Positions 19,995 through 28,362 of a DNA stretch of 64,000 nt are shown here, in pieces. The position numbers and the translations under genes are program-made. This DNA comes from a bacterium (GTDB lineage Bacteria; UBA10199; 2-02-FULL-50-16; JAJFLM01). The DNA lies in assembly GCA_965216315.1 (NCBI GenBank), contig CBDCFN010000015.1, forward strand, positions 128,001 to 192,000, given 5' to 3'. The notes below the pieces were generated by a model, which did no database searches, was not told where the DNA came from, and worked only from the letters and a program-made list of their open reading frames with translations. Position 1 is the stretch's first letter, and each line of letters begins with the position of its first letter.

Positions 19995-20744
19995 CTACCC
20001 CGCCATCGTCAAGCCGCCGGAAACCGACAAAACCTGACCCGTGATATAGCTCGCGCCAGGACTCACTAAAAAAGCCACCGCATTGGCAATCTCCTCCGGC
20101 TGCGCAATACGCTTCATCGGAATGATCTGAACGAAGGCCTGCTTGATCTTGTCGTTGATCGCCGACTCGTAGAGAGGGGTATCGGTTGGACCCGGACAGA
20201 TACAATTGACATTGATCTTATATTTAGCGACCTCGCGGGCCAGCCCTTTACTGAAAGCCGCGACTCCACCCTTGCAAGCCGAGTAGGCGACGCCTTGAAG
20301 TTGACCCACGCGAGCCGCATCAGAGGCGAGGCTGACGATGTGTCCCTCTCCTTGCTCTTTCATCGAACGCAACACGGCGTGGGTAACTAAGAACGGCGCC
20401 TTGAGATTAATCGCATAGATCTTATCCCAATAAGATTCTTCTTCGTCCTCAAAAAACGAGGCTCCCGACCAACCGATATTATTAACGAGTATTTTAATGC
20501 CGCCCAGATCGGAAACGACTTGCTCAACGGCCGTATTGACCGCCTCACGATTCGTACAGTCCACATTATAAGCCCTGGCCGTTCCCCCGGCCTCGGTTAT
20601 TATTTTTTCTGTTTCAGCAACTGTTTCGGCATTGAGGTCAAAGAGGCCGACCTTGGCCCCATCACTCGCCAATTTTTTAGCAATCGCGCGACCAATTCCT
20701 TGGCCGGCTCCGGTGACAACAGCGACGTGGTCTTGTAATGACAT
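19995..20744 (-). CDS. Short-chain dehydrogenase/reductase (BadH/FabG-like)
   Basis: TGAGQGIG, NNIGW, SDAARVG, YSACK, VSGGLTM; SD GGAG before ATG 20744. Confidence 0.88.
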   Translation of the reverse strand: MSLQDHVAVVTGAGQGIGRAIAKKLASDGAKVGLFDLNAETVAETEKIITEAGGTARAYNVDCTNREAVNTAVEQVVSDLGGIKILVNNIGWSGASFFEDEEESYWDKIYAINLKAPFLVTHAVLRSMKEQGEGHIVSLASDAARVGQLQGVAYSACKGGVAAFSKGLAREVAKYKINVNCICPGPTDTPLYESAINDKIKQAFVQIIPMKRIAQPEEIANAVAFLVSPGASYITGQVLSVSGGLTMAG

Positions 20745-20826
20745 AATAATCTCCTTTAATGGCCCCTTCCTTACCAAGGAGGGAATCGTACTTGCAACCA
20801 CTAATCCCCTTGATTAGAGTAGGTCT

Positions 20827-22086
20827 ATGAGCCTCGAAGAACAAATCGAATCCATCGCACGTCATGCCCGCGAGGCCGCGGGGGCAGTCGCTCACCTTTC
20901 TGAGGAGAAAAAAAATGTCCTGTTGCGGGCCATGGCCGACCGGCTGCTCGAACGTAAGGCGGACATCCAGGCGGCCAATGCCCGCGATGTCGAAGCCGGG
21001 GAGGCCTCAGGCAAACTAAATAAAGCAGCGATCGACCGCCTCATCCTTAATGAAGCCCGGATCCAGGACATGGCCAACGGTTTACGCGAGGTTGCTGAGC
21101 TGCCCGATCCGGTCGGCCTGCGCGTCAAAGAATACACCCGACCCAACGGCCTCAAGATAGAAAAAATCAGGATTCCCCTGGGCGTCATCGGCATGATTTA
21201 TGAATCACGCCCGAATGTCACCGTCGATGCCGCCGGACTCTGTCTCAAATCCGGCAATGCCATCGTACTGCGCGGGGGTTCTGAGGCCATCCATTCCAAC
21301 ACTTTGCTGGGAGACATCCTTCGAGAAGTCTGTGAAGCACACGACATCGATCCCAACATTATTCAGGTCATCCCCACGACCGAGCGGGAGGCCATGAAGA
21401 TACTCGTCAATCAAACCCGATATATTGATTTAATGATTCCACGTGGCGGCGAGGCCCTGATGAAATGGATGGCCGAACATTCGAAAATTCCCGTCATCAA
21501 ACACGATAAAGGGGTTTGTCATCTTTACGTCGACAAAGAAGCGGATATCGAAATGGCCGTTAACATCGCCTATAATTCCAAGGTTCAGCGGCCCGGCGTC
21601 TGCAATGCGCTGGAAACAGTGCTCGTTCATCGCGATATTGCGGGATCATTTCTTCCCGCCCTAGCGAAACGGTATCTAAGTGCCTCGGTCGAAATACGCG
21701 GGGATGAGCGCGTCTGTCAGTTGATTCCGGAAGCCACGGCCGCAACGCCTGAAGACTGGGATGCTGAGTATCTTGATTTAATCATTTCCATTCGTGTCAT
21801 CAAAGATATGGACGAAGCCATGCAGCATATCGAACGGCATGGCTCTCTACACACGGAATCAATCGTGACCAATAACGCCACTACGGCGGAACGCTTTCTT
21901 CGAGAAGTCGATTCTTCGATGGTTGCCTGGAATGCCTCGACGCGCTTTAATGACGGGGGGCAGCTCGGCCTCGGCGCCGAAATCGGCATCAGCACGACAA
22001 AAACGCATGCTTTCGGTCCCATGGGCCTTGAAGAACTCACCACAACAAAATACGTTGTAACTGGAACGGGGCAGATAAGAGAGTGA
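20827..22086 (+). CDS. proA: Gamma-glutamyl phosphate reductase
   Basis: IYESRPNVT, GVCNALE, NASTRFNDG, GAEIGIST. Confidence 0.97.
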   Translation: MSLEEQIESIARHAREAAGAVAHLSEEKKNVLLRAMADRLLERKADIQAANARDVEAGEASGKLNKAAIDRLILNEARIQDMANGLREVAELPDPVGLRVKEYTRPNGLKIEKIRIPLGVIGMIYESRPNVTVDAAGLCLKSGNAIVLRGGSEAIHSNTLLGDILREVCEAHDIDPNIIQVIPTTEREAMKILVNQTRYIDLMIPRGGEALMKWMAEHSKIPVIKHDKGVCHLYVDKEADIEMAVNIAYNSKVQRPGVCNALETVLVHRDIAGSFLPALAKRYLSASVEIRGDERVCQLIPEATAATPEDWDAEYLDLIISIRVIKDMDEAMQHIERHGSLHTESIVTNNATTAERFLREVDSSMVAWNASTRFNDGGQLGLGAEIGISTTKTHAFGPMGLEELTTTKYVVTGTGQIRE

Positions 22087-22448
22087 ATTCGGAAGAGCTC
22101 GCAAAAGAGATTCTGGCTGCTGCTCAAGATGTCAAAGCCGAGGACCCGGTGGTCCTCGATCTGCGCACACTCACAAGTTTTACCGATTTTTTCGTCATCG
22201 TCAGTGGACGTTCCGACCGGCAGGTCCAGGCGATTGCCGACCGCGTTACCGAGGACCTGAGAGAAAAGAAAATCAAACCCATGGGCATTGAAGGCTATGA
22301 TAGCGGCCATTGGGTCCTCATCGATTATGGTGCCGTCGTACTCCATGTATTTTACGGTGAAACACGTGAATTCTATTTACTTGAACAACTCTGGAGTGAT
22401 GCCCCCCGGCTAGAGGTCAATAGTGATGATCAAAAGGCGGCACCGTGA
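22083..22448 (+). CDS. rsfS: Ribosome silencing factor
   Basis: KAED, SDRQVQAIAD, WVLIDYG, FYLLEQLW. Confidence 0.95.
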   Translation: MNSEELAKEILAAAQDVKAEDPVVLDLRTLTSFTDFFVIVSGRSDRQVQAIADRVTEDLREKKIKPMGIEGYDSGHWVLIDYGAVVLHVFYGETREFYLLEQLWSDAPRLEVNSDDQKAAP

Positions 22449-24001
22449 AACCAACACTGCTAATCATTCTGGATGGGTGGGGTGAACGAGCGGAACATGA
22501 GCATAACTCGATTCATCTCGCTACGACAAATCACTATGACCGTTTTCTCCACAACTACCCACATACAACGGTACTAACGCATGGAACCGCCGTTGGCTTG
22601 ACGGAAGGGGTCATGGGCAACTCCGAAGTCGGCCACATGAACATCGGTGCCGGCCGCATTGTCATGCAGACATTGAGCCGCATTTCTCAAGCCATCGACA
22701 ACGGTGCTTTTTTTGAGAACGAAGCCTTGCACACGGCGATGCAGGCCTGCATCGAACATAATAGCACGCTTCACCTGATGGGACTCCTGTCCGATGCGGG
22801 CGTTCATAGCGACATCTCGCATCTCGTTGCACTTCTGCGCATGGCCGCCAATAACAAAATTTCCAACGTATGCATTCACCCCTTTATGGACGGCCGTGAT
22901 ACCAACCCACGACGTGGGGTTGAGTACCTCCACCGTCTTCAGGATACACTGAACTCACTTCAAATAGGCAGGATCGCAACGGTCTCAGGTCGTTATTACT
23001 CGATGGATCGGGATAAACGGTGGGATCGAACTGAACGGGCCTATCAGGCCTTAGTCCTGGGTAAGGGCGCAAGAAGTGAAAATGATGCCGCCACCATTGT
23101 CAACGACTGGTATCATCAGAGTAACCCCCAACCCGGCTTTGGGGATGAATTCGTCCCACCAACCGTGCTTATTGACCCTGCCACAAAACAACCTATTGGC
23201 CTCATCGAAGAAAATGACGTCGTGATCCATTTCAACTTTCGCCCGGATCGCGCGCGCCAACTGACACAGGCACTAAGCGATCCCGATTTTTCCGAGTTTG
23301 AACGACAGTCTTTTCCAGTTCTCAGTAACTTCACTTGCATGGCACCGTATAGCGAAAATTTCGATCTACCCATCGCCTTTAGAAAAGAAAAACTTGCGCG
23401 CATTATGGGCGAGATTATTGCAGAGCAAGGCATGGCTCAATTTCGCTGTGCAGAAACCGAAAAGTATGCGCACGTTACGTATTTCTTTAACGGAGGGGTC
23501 GAGCAGGTCTTTCCTGGTGAAGAACGCAAACTCGTTCCTTCCAATCGCGAAATCGCCACCTACGATTTAGCCCCGGAAATGAGGGCGCGTGAAGTAACAG
23601 CAGAGGTCCTCAATGCCCTTAATACAAACAAGTTTGGGTTTTATGTGATCAATTTCGCCAATCCGGACATGGTCGGTCACACAGGGAAAGAACCGGCGGC
23701 GATTCAAGCAGTTGAAGCCCTAGATGATTGCCTGGGACAGATCGTCGATCAGGTGCTTCAACAAGACGGCATTGTGATTATTACGGCGGACCACGGCAAT
23801 TGCGAAGAAATGATCGACGCGCATGGCCATCCCCATACTCAGCACACGCTAAACCCCGTGCCTTGCATTATCATCGGCAATAGCGTTAAAGAGCTTAAAT
23901 TGAAACCGGGACGACTCTGCGATATAGCCCCGACGTTATTGGAGTTAATGGGGATTGAACAGCCCCCGGAAATGACCGGGGAGTCATTAATTATTCATTA
24001 G
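22445..24001 (+). CDS. gpmI: 2,3-bisphosphoglycerate-independent phosphoglycerate mutase
   Basis: ILDGWG, MGNSEVGH, ETEKYAHVT, PDMVGHTG, ADHGN. Confidence 0.97.
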   Translation: MKPTLLIILDGWGERAEHEHNSIHLATTNHYDRFLHNYPHTTVLTHGTAVGLTEGVMGNSEVGHMNIGAGRIVMQTLSRISQAIDNGAFFENEALHTAMQACIEHNSTLHLMGLLSDAGVHSDISHLVALLRMAANNKISNVCIHPFMDGRDTNPRRGVEYLHRLQDTLNSLQIGRIATVSGRYYSMDRDKRWDRTERAYQALVLGKGARSENDAATIVNDWYHQSNPQPGFGDEFVPPTVLIDPATKQPIGLIEENDVVIHFNFRPDRARQLTQALSDPDFSEFERQSFPVLSNFTCMAPYSENFDLPIAFRKEKLARIMGEIIAEQGMAQFRCAETEKYAHVTYFFNGGVEQVFPGEERKLVPSNREIATYDLAPEMRAREVTAEVLNALNTNKFGFYVINFANPDMVGHTGKEPAAIQAVEALDDCLGQIVDQVLQQDGIVIITADHGNCEEMIDAHGHPHTQHTLNPVPCIIIGNSVKELKLKPGRLCDIAPTLLELMGIEQPPEMTGESLIIH

Positions 24002-24015
24002 TAGGGGAGCGTAAC

Positions 24016-24501
24016 ATGCCATCTTTCGACATTGTCAGCGAATTAGATCGCCAAGAACTCAAAAACGCCGTCGACCAAGTCATCCGCGAAGTCAAACAAC
24101 GCTATGACTTCAAGGGCAGCAAATCAGAGATCAAGGAAGAGAATGACAACCTGACCTTTATTTCTGACGACGACTTTAAAATGAAGGCCTTGATCGACAT
24201 CTTCCAATCCAAGGCCGTCAAACGTGGCCTCGACCTCAAAGCCTTTGATTATGGAAAAATAGAACCTGCTGCAGGCGATACCGTACGTTGTTCGGTGAAA
24301 GTCGTCGAAGGTATCGAAAAAGAAAAGGCTAAAGATCTGGTCAAAAAGATCAAGGACATGAAACTCAAAGTTCAGGCTGCCATTCAAGAGAACCAAGTCC
24401 GCGTGACCGGAAAAAAACGCGACGATTTGCAGGACGTCATCGCCGCCGTCAAAGGCTTGGACTTTGCTATTCCGTTGCAGTTTGAAAATTTCCGGGACTA
24501 G
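24016..24501 (+). CDS. yajQ: YajQ family nucleotide/c-di-GMP-binding protein
   Basis: MPSFDIVS, RYDFKG, RVTGKKRDDLQ, NFRD. Confidence 0.96.
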   Translation: MPSFDIVSELDRQELKNAVDQVIREVKQRYDFKGSKSEIKEENDNLTFISDDDFKMKALIDIFQSKAVKRGLDLKAFDYGKIEPAAGDTVRCSVKVVEGIEKEKAKDLVKKIKDMKLKVQAAIQENQVRVTGKKRDDLQDVIAAVKGLDFAIPLQFENFRD

Positions 24502-25316
24502 CTATCGCGAGGTCTCGATGACGGTGGCTTACTCCGCCGCAGCAACTGGTTACTTAGTTGATAAAGGTGAAAACTAAGTTTGCGGTGGAGCCCGAGCTGC
24601 ATTACTTGCTCGGCTAAGGCGAGGGAATGACTCAAGAGGCGCTCGATATGCTCAGGCTTGAGGTGACCGCTGGCCGCTCTCAGGGCTTGGCTCACTAATT
24701 TCAAATCATCAAAGTCTTCATAGGCCAGCGTCTGGCGAGCCTCATCGTCATCAATTTCCTCATTTTCTTCATCATGCTCTGCGTGGATCAGCAATATCGC
24801 TAAATCAACTTGCTCTTTAGCAAACTCGAGAGCACGAACTTCATCATTCAACTGAGAGGCATAGTGGCTCGCACGGCCCAAAAGGTCATACTTCTCGAGA
24901 CCGGCCTCCATGCCCATCAAGGCCTCCTGGAGCAGTATAAGTGCCTCCGTCTCAATAAGTTCAGCGAGTAGAGCATCGGCGAGTAACGGCGTGTATTTGA
25001 AGCCGGTCGGATCGTCTTCGCTGGGCGGGACCGAGGGGCTTTTACTTAAGCCGGCTGTCATCCGGTCATGAAATAATTGAATACGGTCCAAGCCACTCAC
25101 GGGTCGACCCATCCTTACGGCGTAGAGCATGCAGAAATCCCTGAGGGGAGCGACCAACATGCCGGCAATTAACTGCCGGCCATCGGTCACCGAGTCATCG
25201 ACGATGCCGGCTTCCCGCGCTGCTTGGTACAAATTATTGACTAACGAGGGCTTGGGAGAACCCGCCGCAAGCAAACAAGCGGACTGACTAGAGATGCTGA
25301 CGCCAAGCAGATTCAT
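24498..25316 (-). CDS. Hypothetical helical protein (paralog of 25332..26570)
   Basis: 272-aa ORF; motifs shared with the upstream neighbour. Confidence 0.7.
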   Translation of the reverse strand: MNLLGVSISSQSACLLAAGSPKPSLVNNLYQAAREAGIVDDSVTDGRQLIAGMLVAPLRDFCMLYAVRMGRPVSGLDRIQLFHDRMTAGLSKSPSVPPSEDDPTGFKYTPLLADALLAELIETEALILLQEALMGMEAGLEKYDLLGRASHYASQLNDEVRALEFAKEQVDLAILLIHAEHDEENEEIDDDEARQTLAYEDFDDLKLVSQALRAASGHLKPEHIERLLSHSLALAEQVMQLGLHRKLSFHLYQLSNQLLRRSKPPSSRPRDS

Positions 25317-25331
25317 TGTAATGACCCCGAT

Positions 25332-26570
25332 TTAGTCTCGCTCCGAGGGACCTTTGACAGGCCGGGTGGGGCGGCTGTCCTCACCGTCTTCTAGTTCGCC
25401 CTCTAGTTGTTGACGCATTTTATCCTCATGACGCCCGGCCCATATATGTAGACGTTCGGCCACATCTCCTTCAAACTTGTGTTCCGTAATCTGTTTTAAT
25501 AGCGCTAATGACTGCTCATCAACCGGCAGCCGATGCAATACAGCAAACATTTGTCTGAAAAAACCACCCGCCCACTCATGTTCACCCCCTTGAGCCAAGG
25601 TCCGTCCGGCGATCCAGAGATATTCGAAGCGGCGTGCGACATCCTCACGATCGATATGGCCAATAATGCGCTTGATATTATCGTAATGGGCATGAGCCTT
25701 ATCTTCTTCGCCTTGACTCAATTGCCGCAAGACCGATTCGGCTTCTTCGCCGATGACATCAACCAGCTTCGGCATGATTTTCCGTAGCGGCTCTTCCACG
25801 TTACTTGGCAACAACTCCTGAACCAGTTGTTGTTTGAGATGTTCGAGAGATGTTTTTTCGTGTTCCTGGGCCACACCGCTTAAGTCTGATTCCTTTAAAG
25901 TGCGCTGTGCATATTCGATTAAGTCGAGACGTTCTTGTATATTAAAAAAACTCAGGTCTTCGATCACCATGCGAAGTTGATTAAACGCGACGACATATAC
26001 TGTGCTGTCTTCCCCCCTATTGGCAATCTTTTGCCAATCCGCATCCACCTTCAACATTGTAAATGCAATTAATGACTTTGCTAGAGAGATAGCGTGAATT
26101 CTTTTACCCATTGTCACTGCATCAAGGATATCCTGAATCCTTAGGCGGCGTTCAACAGCATAATCGGTAAGATCCGTTACCTTAGGACCATCATCATGGG
26201 CTCCAAAAACTTTCAACGAGACAGCAAGAGAATCGCTGCCTAGCTCTTCTAACAATAAATTGGCGAGATAAAGGCAATAAATGCTTCTATTAGAGCTATC
26301 AACCAACTCGCCAAGCTCACCTATCTGATCGGCATCGAGGCCCTTAGTGACACGTTCATGAAACACAGAGAGGCTACTGGTTTTGCCGCAGACATCATTG
26401 ATCTGATTGGCGAGCAACAGTGCCAATAGCGAACGCGGTCCTTCATGTTTATAGACAGTCCCTCGCTCTTCATGGTGAAGAACGAGAAAATTACTCCAGA
26501 GTCTTGGAGTCTTACTGCTGGCGAGGATCGCCGTCGTCGCCAACGATGACGCATTCATCAATATATGCAT
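25332..26570 (-). CDS. Hypothetical helical protein
   Basis: 412-aa ORF with a CAAC-N16-CGATAA motif 7 nt upstream. Confidence 0.72.
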   Translation of the reverse strand: MHILMNASSLATTAILASSKTPRLWSNFLVLHHEERGTVYKHEGPRSLLALLLANQINDVCGKTSSLSVFHERVTKGLDADQIGELGELVDSSNRSIYCLYLANLLLEELGSDSLAVSLKVFGAHDDGPKVTDLTDYAVERRLRIQDILDAVTMGKRIHAISLAKSLIAFTMLKVDADWQKIANRGEDSTVYVVAFNQLRMVIEDLSFFNIQERLDLIEYAQRTLKESDLSGVAQEHEKTSLEHLKQQLVQELLPSNVEEPLRKIMPKLVDVIGEEAESVLRQLSQGEEDKAHAHYDNIKRIIGHIDREDVARRFEYLWIAGRTLAQGGEHEWAGGFFRQMFAVLHRLPVDEQSLALLKQITEHKFEGDVAERLHIWAGRHEDKMRQQLEGELEDGEDSRPTRPVKGPSERD

Positions 26571-26577
26571 GGCCGAC

Positions 26578-26683
26578 TTATCGCCTACCGCAGGCGCTTG
26601 TTGTGACGCGTAAGGATTATCTGTTTACTGGAGTCAACAGATAACGAACTGCATAGACAACAGATATTTCTAAAAGTCGAAAA
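26578..26683. promoter_or_regulatory. Back-to-back CAAC-N16-CGA promoter motifs
   Basis: Minus strand 26578-26603 CAAC-N16-CGATAA; plus strand 26658-26683 CAAC-N16-CGAAAA. Confidence 0.62.
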
Positions 26684-26692
26684 GGTCCCGAT

Positions 26693-27607
26693 ATGTACAG
26701 CTCTCTCGCAGTAATAAATAGCGCGGCGCTAAGCGGGTCGCTGGTCCTCGCGTCGGGGAGTTACCCTCCGGCCCCCGAAACCCCTCATTCCAATTCGAGT
26801 CCCGTCGATGTCTTTGCCACAACGTTTCCCGGCCACGCGCTGGGGCCCTTCACTACTACCGTACGTTATCCACAGCTCCGCGAGGATATGCCCGTGTTGG
26901 AGCCTGAGGGTGGAGAAAGCGCTTTAATCGCACTGGGTCTCTTCGCCGAAGTCGGTGCTTGTTTCTATTTTGCATCGAATGGAACATTGCTTTCTCCATT
27001 ATTAGCTGTTTCCTTAACCGCTTTTGCCGCAACTGTGTTTGTTGGAAGCCGTGTGTTAGGAAAACTAGTTGAACGCTATCTAGACCATATCCGCTCCGAC
27101 CAAGATCCACAGAGTCAAGAGTTTCAACAGGTGGAGTCAAGATTAGCGGGGCTCTATCCCGAAACAGAACGTTATCTCAGAATCGGCCCCGGCGTTAAAG
27201 AAAGTGATCGAACTCATTATAAGAAGTGGCGGCAGGATATTTCTGAGGCCATCCTACAGCTCAAACATATTCGCCAACGAGACCCGATGCGCATCCTTAA
27301 ATGGCTACCTCCCGGCTGGGCCATTCGATTCTTCTTATATTTAGATAACAGCCGTGAGGCTCCTATTTATAAACATGAACTAATGACGCAAGTCATCGAG
27401 GCCCATGAGAATAGACTCGCACAAATTCCGCTTGAACTCTCAGACTTCTACAGCGCCTTCCGGGGCCGCGTTCACTCTCGTCTCCACTTTGGTGACCTTA
27501 TCCCGGATAGCCAAGAGAAATTAGAAGCAGAAGCGGAACTCGCTGAAGCTGAATTGGCGGGAATAGAAGCGGACGATCGGAAGGCAATCTACGACCCAGA
27601 CGACTAG
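26693..27607 (+). CDS. Hypothetical protein with two hydrophobic segments
   Basis: 304-aa ORF; hydrophobic at about aa 77-122. Confidence 0.7.
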   Translation: MYSSLAVINSAALSGSLVLASGSYPPAPETPHSNSSPVDVFATTFPGHALGPFTTTVRYPQLREDMPVLEPEGGESALIALGLFAEVGACFYFASNGTLLSPLLAVSLTAFAATVFVGSRVLGKLVERYLDHIRSDQDPQSQEFQQVESRLAGLYPETERYLRIGPGVKESDRTHYKKWRQDISEAILQLKHIRQRDPMRILKWLPPGWAIRFFLYLDNSREAPIYKHELMTQVIEAHENRLAQIPLELSDFYSAFRGRVHSRLHFGDLIPDSQEKLEAEAELAEAELAGIEADDRKAIYDPDD

Positions 27608-28356
27608 CCTTGTGCGTGAAACTCAGCCTCAATCACATCGTGACATTGCTGCGCGAGCTTTTCCGCTGCAGCCATCACTTGATCGGCAGGAATTCTTTCG
27701 ACGGGAATGGGCGGTAGAATCTTGAGCGACATCCGTGATCTCCGACTGAGTACGACCGAATGTTTAGGCAACGCGTTGCGACTCCCGTTGATTACCATGG
27801 GCAAGATGGGCGAGCCGGTTTCCAACGCGGCTCGAAAAGCCCCAATCTTAAAGGGGGCCATCGCCCCATCTTTTGACCGGGTTCCTTCGGGAAAAAAAAC
27901 TACCGAGGAGCCTTTATTGAGCCAATCTCGGCATTCGGCCAAGCACTTTTCTCGACTCGCCGCATCCCCGCGTTCAATGCCGACATACTTGTTCAGCCAC
28001 ATGTTCCAGCCAAGCAGCGGTGCTTTAAACATGGATTTTTTGCTCACCCATTTGAAGTGTAGAAACGATTTATAGATGACAAGGATATCCACCATCGATT
28101 GATGGTTGGAAACCATGACGTAGGCCTGTTTACGATCGACGTGTTCTTTACCGCTGACCTTGACCCACCAGAACGGACTGACCCAGATATAGAGTGTCGA
28201 CCAAAAACAAGAATACTGGTGCAAAACACGCAAATTTCGGTCGAAAGGCGTCGTCAACACGCGAATAACCACGGCCCCTACAAAAAGAAAGATGGAGGTG
28301 ACGACGAAGAAGGTCCAATAAAGGGAACTAAATACGATGCTCCAGAAACGACTCAT
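27604..28356 (-). CDS. plsC: 1-acyl-sn-glycerol-3-phosphate acyltransferase family
   Basis: NHQSMVD (HX4D), FFPEGTRS, FKIGAF. Confidence 0.9.
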   Translation of the reverse strand: MSRFWSIVFSSLYWTFFVVTSIFLFVGAVVIRVLTTPFDRNLRVLHQYSCFWSTLYIWVSPFWWVKVSGKEHVDRKQAYVMVSNHQSMVDILVIYKSFLHFKWVSKKSMFKAPLLGWNMWLNKYVGIERGDAASREKCLAECRDWLNKGSSVVFFPEGTRSKDGAMAPFKIGAFRAALETGSPILPMVINGSRNALPKHSVVLSRRSRMSLKILPPIPVERIPADQVMAAAEKLAQQCHDVIEAEFHAQG

Positions 28357-28362
28357 TCTGTC

